DNA of 64,000 nucleotides from Oscillospiraceae bacterium (GCA_019424695.1 JAHYZA010000009.1:29085-93084), one strand, 5' to 3'; counted from the first letter of the stretch, positions 8,833-18,577 are shown. The notes: generated by a model not told the origin, from the letters alone. Numbers and translations are program-made.

Positions 8833-11256
8833 ATGAAAGTACCATTCAGCTGGCTGAAACAGTATGTAGAAATTGATGTCACCGCCGAGGAGCTGGAGAA
8901 AAAGCTCTTCGACTGTGGCTTTGAGGTCGAGGAACTGATCGACCTGTCCGCCGACATCGATAAGGTCGTGGTCGGTGTGGTCACCGAGTGCGTCCCGCAG
9001 GAAGGCACCCATCTGCACATCTGCAAGGTGGATTGCGGCGAATACGGCCACGATATCCAGATCTCCACCGGTGCGGCCAACGTCTACGCGGGCATGCACA
9101 CGCCCGCTGCCCTGGACGGCTCCACGCTGCCCGGCGGCATCAAGATCAAGGCCAAGCCGCTCATGGGCGTCGAGTCCAACGGTATGCTCTGCAGCGGCGA
9201 GGAACTGGGCCTCAACGAGGATCTGTACCCGGGCTCCGAAGTTTATGGTCTGCTGGACCTGCCCAAGGACACCGTCCCCGGCACGCCCATCCAGCAGGTG
9301 GTGGGGCTCGACGACTATATCTTCGATATTGCCGTCACCTCCAACCGTCCCGATTGCCAGAGCGTCCTCGGCATTGCCCGGGAAGTCGCCGCCGTGCTGG
9401 GCAAGCCCCTGAAGATGCCGGCCATCGACTACACCGAGTCCGATACCACCGACCCGCGCCTCTCCATCACGGTGGAAGCGCCGGACCTCTGCCCGCGGTA
9501 TATCGGCCACTATGTGCACAACATCACGCCGGGCCCCTCGCCCCGCTGGATGCGCCGTCAGCTGGCCCTGTGCGGTCTGCGCAGCATCTCCAACGTGGTG
9601 GACATCACCAACTACGTTATGCTGGAGATCGGCCAGCCCATGCACGCCTTTGATATGGACACGCTGGAAAGCTGCCAGATCATTGTGCGCCGCGCCAAGG
9701 ACGGTGAGGAGATCACCACCCTGGACGGCAAGGAGTTCAAACTCACGCCCAACAATCTGGTCATCTGCGACGGCAGCAAGCCGGTGGCCCTGGCCGGCGT
9801 CATGGGCGGCCTGAACAGCGAGATCAAGGACAGCACCACCCAGCTGCTCTTCGAGTCCGCCAAGTTCGCCCGGGACAACATCCGCAAGACCGCCCGCGGC
9901 CTCGGCCAGAACACCGACGCCTCCAGCCATTACGAGAAGGGCATCTCGGAGTACACCACCGAGTTGGGCATGGCCCGCGCTTTGCACCTGATCCAGGAGC
10001 TGGGCTGCGGCGAAGTCACCGCCACCCATTTCGACTGCTCCGCCGGTGCCCCCCGGGAGGGCAAGAAGTTCACCGCCACCATCAGCGGCATCAACGCCAT
10101 TCTGGGCATCACGGTACCCACCGAGGCGGTGCTGGAGATTCTGCGCCGTCTGCAGTTCGAAGTCACCCTGGAAGCCGACGGCGACACGATGCAGGTCACG
10201 GCACCCCGCTGGCGTGAGGATATCGAGATCGGTGAGCCCGATCTGGCCGAGGAAGTCATCCGGGAGTACGGCTATGATCACATCAAGCCCACCTTCCTCA
10301 AGGCGGCGCAGGTCACCACCGGCGGCCTGACCGTAGACCAGAAAGCCCGCGCCAAGGCCAAGCGTGCCATGTGCGCCCAGGGCTTCTATGAGGCTGAGAC
10401 CCTGGCCTTCTACGCCGACGCCGATCTGGATATGCTGCACATCGCCGCCGACGCACCGGAGCGCAACGTCATCCGCATCCTCAACCCCATCTCCTCCAAC
10501 CTGACGATCATGCGCCCGCTGCTGGCTCCGTCGCTGCTCAACGTGGTGGTGGATAACCTGAAGAAGGGCAACAATGACGGCCGCCTGTTCGAACTCTCCA
10601 ACATTTATATCCCGAAGCAGCAGCCCATCACCGAGCTGCCGGAAGAACGGCTGCACCTGGGTTTTGCCGCCTGGGGCAACGGGGAGGATTTCTTCGCCGT
10701 CAAGGGCGCTGTGGAAGCCTTGGGGGCGGCGTTCGGCACTGAACTGACGGTGGAACGCGCCGCCGATGTGGCCTGGCTGCATCCCGGCATCGCCGCCTAT
10801 ATCCTCTGCCAAGGGGAGCGCATCGGCGTGTTCGGCAAGCTGGCCAACGATGTGACGGTGGAACTCAAGCTGCCCAAGGACAGCCGCAGCAACCAGAACA
10901 TCTATTTGGGCGAGATCGACTGGCCCAAGTTCTACGGTCTGGTGCCCAAGGCGCTGCACTATACGCCGATTCCCGAACTGGCTCCTGTCCAGCGTGACCT
11001 GGCGCTGGTGGCGCCCGAGGAAACCGAGTGCGGTGCCCTGATGGCGGAGATGCAGCGTGCCTGCAAGCAGCTGACCAAGGTGGAACTGTTCGACATCTAC
11101 CGCGGCGAAAAGCTGGGTGCCGGCAAGAAGAGCATGGCCTTCAGCCTGTACTTCCAGCCCGGGGACAAGGCGTTCACCCCCGATGAAATCGACCGCTTCG
11201 TCAAGAAAATTCTCGGCAATCTGAAATTCAAACTCGGCATCGAGATCCGCGAGTAA
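8833..11256 (+). CDS. pheT: Phenylalanine--tRNA ligase beta subunit
   Basis: 'SNGMLCS', 'NRPDC', 'NVVDITNYVMLE.GQPMHAFD', C-terminal FDX-ACB domain; 807 aa. Confidence 0.98.
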   Translation: MKVPFSWLKQYVEIDVTAEELEKKLFDCGFEVEELIDLSADIDKVVVGVVTECVPQEGTHLHICKVDCGEYGHDIQISTGAANVYAGMHTPAALDGSTLPGGIKIKAKPLMGVESNGMLCSGEELGLNEDLYPGSEVYGLLDLPKDTVPGTPIQQVVGLDDYIFDIAVTSNRPDCQSVLGIAREVAAVLGKPLKMPAIDYTESDTTDPRLSITVEAPDLCPRYIGHYVHNITPGPSPRWMRRQLALCGLRSISNVVDITNYVMLEIGQPMHAFDMDTLESCQIIVRRAKDGEEITTLDGKEFKLTPNNLVICDGSKPVALAGVMGGLNSEIKDSTTQLLFESAKFARDNIRKTARGLGQNTDASSHYEKGISEYTTELGMARALHLIQELGCGEVTATHFDCSAGAPREGKKFTATISGINAILGITVPTEAVLEILRRLQFEVTLEADGDTMQVTAPRWREDIEIGEPDLAEEVIREYGYDHIKPTFLKAAQVTTGGLTVDQKARAKAKRAMCAQGFYEAETLAFYADADLDMLHIAADAPERNVIRILNPISSNLTIMRPLLAPSLLNVVVDNLKKGNNDGRLFELSNIYIPKQQPITELPEERLHLGFAAWGNGEDFFAVKGAVEALGAAFGTELTVERAADVAWLHPGIAAYILCQGERIGVFGKLANDVTVELKLPKDSRSNQNIYLGEIDWPKFYGLVPKALHYTPIPELAPVQRDLALVAPEETECGALMAEMQRACKQLTKVELFDIYRGEKLGAGKKSMAFSLYFQPGDKAFTPDEIDRFVKKILGNLKFKLGIEIRE

Positions 11257-11267
11257 TTCCGTTGAGG

Positions 11268-11303
11268 AAAGCCGCCGCGCCCTGCAAGGGGCGCGGCGGT
11301 TTT
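11268..11303 (+). terminator. Intrinsic terminator after pheT
   Basis: gccgccgcgccc / gggcgcggcggt stem followed by ttt. Confidence 0.85.
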
Positions 11304-11365
11304 GCTTGCAATTTCTGCCGGAATGGCGTATAGTAAAAGCGAATTTGACGAGGTGAAGATAACGT

Positions 11366-12271
11366 ATGGCAAAAATCCGTCGTGACGATGATCCCTATAA
11401 GACCAGGCATCTTCCTCCGGTACCGACGCCGGAACCGCCTCCGCAGCCGTCGCCCGCAGAGCCGGAACCAGCCAGGAAATCCGAACACACAGGGGGCGGC
11501 AAAAAGGCTGCCGGGCACAGCAAGTCCAACATGGTGTATAATGTGCTTATGGTCCTCTGCCTGGTGGTTTTTCTGGTCAGCGGCGGCGTCCTGCTCAAGC
11601 GGTATATCGATGACCGGCAGACGGAAAACGAGTTTGCCCAACTGGCTTCGATGATCGGGCCGGAGGCGACCGGGGAGAGCGGGGAGAGCAACAGCGCCAG
11701 GTTTGCGGCGCTGCGGGACCAGAACAGCGACTTCATCGGCTGGATTTCCATTGACGGCACCAATCTGGACTTCCCGGTCATGTATGCACCGGATAACAAG
11801 GATTTCTATCTGCGGCATGATTTTAACAAGGAATACAGTGTGTACGGCGTGCCGTATCTGGACGAAAAGACGACGCTGGGAGCCAACGACCAGAGCGAAA
11901 ACCTCATCGTCTACGGTCATAACATGAAGACCGGCACCATCTTTGGCTGCCTGACCGGCTACAAGAAGGCGGAATACTATTCCGAACATCCCAGGATCGA
12001 ATTTGATACGGTCTACGGGGATGCAACATACGAAGTGTTTGCCGCCTTTAGCATCGATGTGGTGGCGGACACCAGCTTTGTCTACAACCAGTATATTGAT
12101 ATGGACGAAACCACCTACAACGAGTATCTGGACGAGGTGATCTCCCGCAGTGATGTAAATACCGGGATTCGTCCCAGCTACGGCGAGCCGTTGCTGACAC
12201 TGTCCACCTGTGAATATTCCAGCGACAACGGCCGGTATGTGGTCGTGGCGCGCCGGGTAACTGATGAATAA
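11366..12271 (+). CDS. srtB: Class B sortase
   Basis: TM anchor, 'GWISIDGT', 'VYGHNM', catalytic 'TLSTC' and 'GRYVV'. Promoter TTGCAA-17-TATAGT at 11306-11334. Confidence 0.9.
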   Translation: MAKIRRDDDPYKTRHLPPVPTPEPPPQPSPAEPEPARKSEHTGGGKKAAGHSKSNMVYNVLMVLCLVVFLVSGGVLLKRYIDDRQTENEFAQLASMIGPEATGESGESNSARFAALRDQNSDFIGWISIDGTNLDFPVMYAPDNKDFYLRHDFNKEYSVYGVPYLDEKTTLGANDQSENLIVYGHNMKTGTIFGCLTGYKKAEYYSEHPRIEFDTVYGDATYEVFAAFSIDVVADTSFVYNQYIDMDETTYNEYLDEVISRSDVNTGIRPSYGEPLLTLSTCEYSSDNGRYVVVARRVTDE

Positions 12272-12346
12272 AATAAAATTTTTGCAAGCGATACCTAAGA
12301 TAATTTTGTAAAAAGGCAAAAGAATGCCGTGACAACGGTTTTCTAC

Positions 12347-12375
12347 TTGCTGATTTTTTCGGAATGTGGTATGCT
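12347..12375 (+). promoter_or_regulatory. Sigma-A promoter of candidate small RNA
   Basis: TTGCTG-17 bp-TATGCT with extended -10 (TGn). Confidence 0.6.
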
Positions 12376-12380
12376 GAATC

Positions 12381-12479
12381 GTGCGCAAGGACTCAAAAAG
12401 GTTCTTATGGTGTAAGAAACCGGAAAGGGAGAATGCGCGCGGCGGGCGGCCGTTGCCCTTGACGGCCGCCCGCTTTTTT
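12381..12479 (+). ncRNA. Candidate ~100-nt structured small RNA, family not recognised
   Basis: Own promoter; stem GUGCGCA(12381-87)/UGCGCGC(12434-40) enclosing an inner hairpin; 12-bp GC terminator plus U tract at 12442-12479. Confidence 0.5.
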
Positions 12480-12490
12480 GCGTCGATGGG

Positions 12491-12519
12491 TAGACATCTG
12501 CCGTTGAATCGAATATACT
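12491..12519 (+). promoter_or_regulatory. Sigma-A promoter of glmS
   Basis: TAGACA-17 bp-TATACT. Confidence 0.75.
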
Positions 12520-12605
12520 GGTAACCAACGAACGCTTTGTATAAAAGAAAACGCAAGAATTCTAAATACAGAAAATCCATACCCAAAACAGGGAGGGACA
12601 CGCCA

Positions 12606-14447
12606 ATGTGTGGAATCGTAGGGTTTACGGGGGCTGCGCAGGCCGCGCCCATTTTGCTGGACGGACTTGCCAAACTGGAATACCGCGGCTATGACTCGGC
12701 CGGACTGGCTGTACAGAACGCAGCCGGCAAAATCGAAGTTGTCAAGGCGAAGGGACGTCTGAAGGTCCTGCATGAAATGACCGACGGCGGTAAGGCCGTG
12801 CCGGGCAGCTGCGGCATCGGGCATACGCGCTGGGCCACCCACGGGGAACCCTCGGTGGTCAATGCGCATCCCCACTATTCCCGGGACCAGAAGATCGCGG
12901 TGGTGCATAACGGCATCATCGAAAACTATCTCGAAATCAAGGAACGTCTCACCAACCGGGGCTACACCTTTGTCTCCCAGACCGACACCGAGGTGGTGGC
13001 CCAGTTGCTGGACTACTACTACACCGGAGAATCGGCCGGCGACGCGCTGGATGCCATCTCCCGCATGATGCTGCATGTGCGGGGCTCCTACGCGCTGGGC
13101 ATTTTGTTTGCCGACCAGCCCGGCACGCTGTACGCTGTGCGCAAGGACAGCCCTCTGATCGTCGGCCAGTGCGAGAACGGCTCCATCATCGCTTCCGATG
13201 TGCCGGCGCTGCTCAAGTACACCCGCACGGTCTACTACATCGACAATCTGGAGATTGCACGCCTGACGCCGGATTCCATCGAGTTCTTCAATATCGACAA
13301 GGAGCCTGTCAGCCACGAGACGACCACCATCGAATGGGATGCCGAAGCGGCTGAAAAGGGCGGCTACGAGCATTTCATGATGAAGGAGATCCACGAGCAG
13401 CCTGCCGCGGTGCGCGATACCATTTCTCCGCGCCTCAAGGACGGCAAGATCGATCTGTCGGAGCTGGCACTGGATGAAGAGGCCATCCGTCAGGTGCGCC
13501 GCGTGTATATCATCGGCTGCGGTTCCGCCTACCATGTGGGCATGGCGGCCCGTTACGTCTTTGAGAGCCTGGCCCGTCTGCCCGTGGAGGTGGATGTGGC
13601 CAGCGAGTTCCGGTACCGCAACCCGGTGCTGGAACCGGATTCTCTGGCGCTGGTCATCAGCCAGAGCGGCGAGACCGCTGACACGCTGGCAGCCCTGCGC
13701 CTGTGCAAGGACCGCGGGGTGCGGACCATCGGCATCGTCAATGTGGTGGGCTCCAGCATCGCACGGGAAGCCGATGCCACCATGTATACCTGGGCCGGGC
13801 CCGAAATTTCGGTGGCTACCACCAAGGCGTACAGCACCCAGCTGGCGGCGTGCTACCTGCTGGCCACCGAGTTTGCCCGGGTGCGCGGCACGTTGGCCGA
13901 CGGACAGTACGAGAATCTTGTGGCCGAGATGGAAGCTCTGCCTGATAAGATCGAGAAGATCCTGGCGGATAAGGAACGCATCCAGTGGTTCGCCAGCAAA
14001 TACGCCAATGCCAAGGATGCTTTCTTCATTGGCCGTGGCCTGGACTATGCCGTGGCGCTGGAAGGCAGCCTGAAGTTCAAGGAGATCAGCTACATTCATT
14101 CCGAAGCCTTTGCGGCGGGGGAGATGAAGCACGGCCCCATCTCGCTGGTGGAAAACGGTACCCTTGTGGTGGGCATCCTGACCCAGCCGGACCTGTTTGA
14201 AAAGAGTGTTTCCAACATGGTGGAGGTCAAGAGCCGCGGCGCGTTCCTGATGGGCCTGACCACCTACGGCAACTACAGCATCGAGGACACCGCCGGATTT
14301 ACCGTCTATGTGCCCAAGACCGACCCGCATTTTGCCACCAGCCTGGCGGTGATCCCGCTGCAGCTGCTGGCCTATTATGTCAGCTGTGCCAAGGGCCTGG
14401 ATGTGGATAAACCCCGTAACCTGGCCAAGAGCGTCACCGTGGAATAA
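12606..14447 (+). CDS. glmS: Glutamine--fructose-6-phosphate transaminase
   Basis: N-terminal MCGIVG, 'GHTRWATHG', 'SQSGETADT', C-terminal 'PRNLAKSVTVE'. Confidence 0.98.
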   Translation: MCGIVGFTGAAQAAPILLDGLAKLEYRGYDSAGLAVQNAAGKIEVVKAKGRLKVLHEMTDGGKAVPGSCGIGHTRWATHGEPSVVNAHPHYSRDQKIAVVHNGIIENYLEIKERLTNRGYTFVSQTDTEVVAQLLDYYYTGESAGDALDAISRMMLHVRGSYALGILFADQPGTLYAVRKDSPLIVGQCENGSIIASDVPALLKYTRTVYYIDNLEIARLTPDSIEFFNIDKEPVSHETTTIEWDAEAAEKGGYEHFMMKEIHEQPAAVRDTISPRLKDGKIDLSELALDEEAIRQVRRVYIIGCGSAYHVGMAARYVFESLARLPVEVDVASEFRYRNPVLEPDSLALVISQSGETADTLAALRLCKDRGVRTIGIVNVVGSSIAREADATMYTWAGPEISVATTKAYSTQLAACYLLATEFARVRGTLADGQYENLVAEMEALPDKIEKILADKERIQWFASKYANAKDAFFIGRGLDYAVALEGSLKFKEISYIHSEAFAAGEMKHGPISLVENGTLVVGILTQPDLFEKSVSNMVEVKSRGAFLMGLTTYGNYSIEDTAGFTVYVPKTDPHFATSLAVIPLQLLAYYVSCAKGLDVDKPRNLAKSVTVE

Positions 14448-14496
14448 GAAAAACTGACTTATTTGCCAAAAATTTTCTTTAATTTTTGGGCAATAT

Positions 14497-14541
14497 GTGC
14501 CCCGTTTGCCTCGGTTCCCACAAGACAAGCGGGGCACTTTT
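14497..14541 (+). terminator. Probable terminator after glmS
   Basis: gtgccccgtttg ... caagcggggcac followed by tttt. Confidence 0.65.
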
Positions 14542-14618
14542 GTGTTATAATACACCCATATACAGCAATTTCCGATCCGTCTGACCGGGTCGATGGGATA
14601 TAAAAGGACCATATACAG

Positions 14619-16610
14619 ATGCAACAGGATTCCAAACAAATCATTAAGGGGCTGCCGCGGCGTATTCTTCTGATGCTGCTGGACTGCGGTCTGATCATTT
14701 TCTGCTATTGGCTGGCTGTGATGCTGCGCTTTGACAGTGGCGAGGCATACCAGCGCGCCGAAGTGCTGCGCGCCATGGCGCCCATGCTCTATTATGTGCT
14801 GCCGATCTATATGATCGTGTTCTGGTTCGGCGGCTTGTATGAGATCATGTGGGAGTATGCCGGCATGCGGGATCTGGCCCGCCTGACCTGTCTGTCAGGT
14901 CTGGCGACGGGACTGATCATGCTGTTCGATCTGTTCTACCGCAGCCGCCCCATCAGCGGCGCGGTGCTGATCTTCGGCGCGGTATTCAATACAGCGGCCA
15001 TTGCCGGTGTGCGCTTTTTGTGGCGCCTGATCAAAACCGTGCGCGGCGCACGGGCCCATAAGCCGGAAAACCAGACCCCGCTGCTCATTGTGGGTGCGGG
15101 CAACGCCGGCGCCTGGGCCGTCAACCTCTGCAAGAACAAGAACCAGAGTTTCGGTGACCCCATCTGCATCGTGGATGACGACCTGACCAAAAAGGGTCTG
15201 CGCGTGCAGGGCGTACCGGTGCGCGGCACGATCTCTGACATTCCGGAACTGGTGCGCAGATATCATATCATGGAGATCGTCATCGCCATCACCACGCTGA
15301 AGGGCGACCGTCTCAGTGAGATCATCAACCTTTGCAACTCCACCCACTGCCGGGTACGTATGCTCTCCGACCCCCAGGCGGTGGATGAAAACGGCAACCC
15401 GGTGGCCGCCGGCTTCCGGGAACTGAACACGGCGGACTTCCTTTCCCGCGATGAGATCCAGCTGAATAACGCCCAGATTTCGGAGTATCTGCACGACAAA
15501 GTCGTGCTGGTCACGGGCGGCGGCGGCTCCATCGGCAGCGAACTTTGCCGCCAGATCATGCGCTACCAGCCCCGGCGGCTGCTGATCTTTGACATCTACG
15601 AAAACTGCGCCTATGAGCTGGAAACCGAGCTGCGCAACAAGTATGGCGCCGATGCACCGGTCATTACGCTGATTGGCTCCATCCGTGACAAGGAACGCCT
15701 GGACGAGGTGTTCGACACCTACCACCCGTCGGTGGTGTTCCATGCGGCGGCGCACAAGCACGTGCCGCTGATGGAGATCAGCCCGGCCGAGGCTGTCAAG
15801 AACAACGTATTCGGCACCAAGAACCTGCTCACCTCCGCGGCGGAGCACGGTGTGGAGCGCTTCGTGCAACTCTCCACCGATAAGGCGGTCAACCCCACCA
15901 ACGTCATGGGCTGCACCAAGCGTTTGTGCGAGATGCTGATCCAGTCCTTTGACGGCGGCACCGATATGAAGTGCATGGCGGTCCGCTTCGGCAACGTGTT
16001 GGGCAGCCATGGCAGCGTCATTCCGCTGTTCGAGGAACAGATCAAGAACGGCGGCCCGGTGACTATTACTCACCCGGACATTGTCCGCTATTTCATGACC
16101 ATCACCGAGGCCGCCCAGCTGGTGCTGCAGGCCGGCGGTCTGGCCAGGGGCGGCAGCATCTACGTGCTGGATATGGGCAAACCGGTCAAGATCATGGACC
16201 TGGCCAACCGGCTGATTCGCTTTTACGGCTATGAGCCGGGCGTCAATATGCAGATCAAGATCACCGGCCTGCGTCCCGGCGAGAAGCTCTACGAAGAACT
16301 CCTTATGGACACCGAGCAGGACAAGATGCGTAAGACCGCACACAACAAGATTTTTATCGCGCCGCCCATGGAGATCGACCTGGCCGATTTCTACAACGGC
16401 CTGCAGGCGCTGCTGGTGGCCTCGCACCACAACGATGATGCGGTGGTGGAATGTCTGCAGCACATGGTGCCCAGCTACCACCCCAACCGCTGTGTCCGTG
16501 CCGACCATACGGTGGTGGCAGTCAATGGCAATACGGGGCTCTTCTCCAAGGAAGAAGTCGAAAAACAGATGAAGGAACGGCAGGACTATGCCGAGACGAA
16601 GGGAGATTGA
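14619..16610 (+). CDS. Membrane-bound UDP-GlcNAc 4,6-dehydratase (CapD/PglF/WbpM family)
   Basis: Four N-terminal TMs, 'TGGGGSIGSE', 'HAAAHKHVP', 'STDKAVNP', 'RFGNVLGS', 'GLRPGEKLYEE'. Confidence 0.93.
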   Translation: MQQDSKQIIKGLPRRILLMLLDCGLIIFCYWLAVMLRFDSGEAYQRAEVLRAMAPMLYYVLPIYMIVFWFGGLYEIMWEYAGMRDLARLTCLSGLATGLIMLFDLFYRSRPISGAVLIFGAVFNTAAIAGVRFLWRLIKTVRGARAHKPENQTPLLIVGAGNAGAWAVNLCKNKNQSFGDPICIVDDDLTKKGLRVQGVPVRGTISDIPELVRRYHIMEIVIAITTLKGDRLSEIINLCNSTHCRVRMLSDPQAVDENGNPVAAGFRELNTADFLSRDEIQLNNAQISEYLHDKVVLVTGGGGSIGSELCRQIMRYQPRRLLIFDIYENCAYELETELRNKYGADAPVITLIGSIRDKERLDEVFDTYHPSVVFHAAAHKHVPLMEISPAEAVKNNVFGTKNLLTSAAEHGVERFVQLSTDKAVNPTNVMGCTKRLCEMLIQSFDGGTDMKCMAVRFGNVLGSHGSVIPLFEEQIKNGGPVTITHPDIVRYFMTITEAAQLVLQAGGLARGGSIYVLDMGKPVKIMDLANRLIRFYGYEPGVNMQIKITGLRPGEKLYEELLMDTEQDKMRKTAHNKIFIAPPMEIDLADFYNGLQALLVASHHNDDAVVECLQHMVPSYHPNRCVRADHTVVAVNGNTGLFSKEEVEKQMKERQDYAETKGD

Positions 16611-16614
16611 CGCC

Positions 16615-17241
16615 GTGTATCAACGCTATATCAAGCGGGTGCTGGATTTTGCGCTTTCCCTGGCGGCGGTGATTGTGCTCGCCATCCCCATGGGCATCAT
16701 TGCCATCTGGATCAAATGTGATTCCCCGGGGCCGGTCTTTTTCAAACAGCGCCGGGTGGGGCAGGGCAAGACCCATTTCAACATCCTCAAATTCCGTACC
16801 ATGCGCGGGGATACCCCCCACGATGTGCCCACCCACCTTTTGAAAAATCCCGACAGCTATATCACCAAGAGCGGCGCCTTCCTGCGCAAGACCAGTCTGG
16901 ATGAACTGCCCCAGATCTACAACATCCTCGTCGGACAAATGAGCATCATCGGCCCGCGGCCGGCGCTCTACAACCAGTACGATCTCATCGAAGCCCGGGA
17001 CAAGGTCCACGCCAACGACATCCGGCCCGGTCTGACCGGTCTGGCCCAGGTCAACGGCCGGGATGAATTGCCCATTGATGTGAAAGCCCGGTACGACGGA
17101 GAGTATGCTGCCCATCTGACGTTCGGAATGGACTGCAAAATCTTTTTCCACAGCTTCACCTACGTGTTCCAGCGCCGGGGCGTGGTCGAGGGCGGAACCG
17201 GCTCGATGGAGGCTTCTCACAAAGACGAGTCGTCAAAATGA
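16615..17241 (+). CDS. Polyprenyl-phosphate phosphoglycosyl transferase (PglC/WcaJ-type sugar transferase)
   Basis: 'KRVLD', 'KFRTM', 'SLDELPQ', 'GPRP', 'PGLTGLAQ'. GTG start chosen 9 nt after GGAG. Confidence 0.9.
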   Translation: MYQRYIKRVLDFALSLAAVIVLAIPMGIIAIWIKCDSPGPVFFKQRRVGQGKTHFNILKFRTMRGDTPHDVPTHLLKNPDSYITKSGAFLRKTSLDELPQIYNILVGQMSIIGPRPALYNQYDLIEARDKVHANDIRPGLTGLAQVNGRDELPIDVKARYDGEYAAHLTFGMDCKIFFHSFTYVFQRRGVVEGGTGSMEASHKDESSK

Positions 17242-17262
17242 CGGATGTATTTCCCCGCTGAA

Positions 17263-17285
17263 TCCCCGTTCGGCGGGGACTTTTT
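17263..17285 (+). terminator. Intrinsic terminator
   Basis: tccccg-ttcgg-cgggga followed by cttttt. Confidence 0.7.
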
Positions 17286-17453
17286 GCACATGGCCAAAAA
17301 TTGTACAAGAAAATATTGCATTTTTCGTTAAAATATGTTGCAAAAGTCAACACGATTGTGTAAAATATACATCAAGAGCTTTCTGTTTTCGGGCAGTTTA
17401 CCAAAAGACATTTTGCCAAAGTGCCCAAATGAACCAAAGGGGAGTTACAGACT

Positions 17454-18539
17454 ATGGCGAACAGGGTATTCCAGAACGTGGTGTACCAGATGAAAGAGGC
17501 CGTTGACCGTGTGGTTGGCGTCGTGGACGAAACCGGTACGGTCATTTCCTGTTCCGAGCTGGGGCAGATCGGGGAGGTCCGCGACGGCGTGGCCGCCGTG
17601 CGCCAGACGGCAGGGGACGCCTTTGTGCGGGATGGGTATTCCTATCACCAGTTCTCCAATGCCAAACACAACGACTATGCGGCATTTGTAGAGGGCACCG
17701 ATCCGACAGCGGCCCAGTTTGCGGCGATGCTGTCCATCAGCCTGCAGTGCATCAAGCAGTATCACGATGAGAAGTTCGACAAGACGAACTTCATCAAGAA
17801 TGTGGTGCTGGACAACATCCTGCCCGGCGACATTTATGCCAAGGCGCGGGAACTGCACTTTATTTCCGATGTGCAGCGTGTGGTGCTGCTGATCCGCGTG
17901 ACCTCCGGCAACGATATTTCTGCCTACGATGTGGTCAGCGGGCTGTTCCCGGACAAGCAGAAGGACTTCGTCTTCAATATCAGCGAGAGCGACACCGTCC
18001 TCGTCAAGGAGATCAAGCCCGACAACAATACCCGCGATATGGAAAAACTGGCCACCTCCATTGTGGATACGCTGCAGGGGGACCATTACATCAAGGCCGT
18101 CGTGGGCATCGGCACGCCGATCAACAACATCAAGGACCTGGCTTCCAGCTTCAAGGAAGCCCAGATCGCGATGGAAGTCGGCAAGGTGTTCGACACCGAG
18201 CGTCAGGTCATCAGCTACGATCACCTGGGCATCGCCCGCTTGATTTATCAGCTGCCCACCACCCTGTGCGAAGCCTTCCTGCGGGAGGTATTCAAGCAGG
18301 AGAGCATCGATTCTCTGGACGCCGAGACGCTGTTCACCATCCAGCGCTTCTTCGAGAACAACCTCAATGTCTCGGAGACCAGCCGCGGCCTGTTTGTGCA
18401 CCGCAATACGCTGGTCTACCGCCTGGAAAAGATCCGCAAGCTGACGGGCCTTGATCTGCGCAACTTCGACGATGCCATTGTTTTCAAGGTGGCGTTGATG
18501 GTCAAAAAGTACCTCTCCGCCAACCCCGCCAAATACTAA
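17454..18539 (+). CDS. CdaR/PucR-family transcriptional regulator
   Basis: C-terminal HTH 'FFENNLNVSETSRGLFVHRNTLVYRL'. Promoter TTGCAA-17-TAAAAT at 17338-17366. Confidence 0.9.
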   Translation: MANRVFQNVVYQMKEAVDRVVGVVDETGTVISCSELGQIGEVRDGVAAVRQTAGDAFVRDGYSYHQFSNAKHNDYAAFVEGTDPTAAQFAAMLSISLQCIKQYHDEKFDKTNFIKNVVLDNILPGDIYAKARELHFISDVQRVVLLIRVTSGNDISAYDVVSGLFPDKQKDFVFNISESDTVLVKEIKPDNNTRDMEKLATSIVDTLQGDHYIKAVVGIGTPINNIKDLASSFKEAQIAMEVGKVFDTERQVISYDHLGIARLIYQLPTTLCEAFLREVFKQESIDSLDAETLFTIQRFFENNLNVSETSRGLFVHRNTLVYRLEKIRKLTGLDLRNFDDAIVFKVALMVKKYLSANPAKY

Positions 18540-18547
18540 AGAATGGG

Positions 18548-18577
18548 AAAGTCCCGCCCTGCGGCGGGACTTTTTTT
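18548..18577 (+). terminator. Intrinsic terminator
   Basis: aaagtcccgcc-ctgc-ggcgggacttttttt. Confidence 0.9.

Noticed and set aside
12415..12436. CCGGAAAGGGAG resembles the SRP RNA helix 8 loop
   Set aside because: The conserved CAGG...AGCA symmetric loop and the long SRP helix are absent.
7464..16508. Long antisense ORFs opposite pheS, pheT, glmS and capD (similar ones lie opposite asnS, ftsZ and the LytM genes)
   Set aside because: Typical of high-GC genomes; the translations lack RBSs and known motifs.
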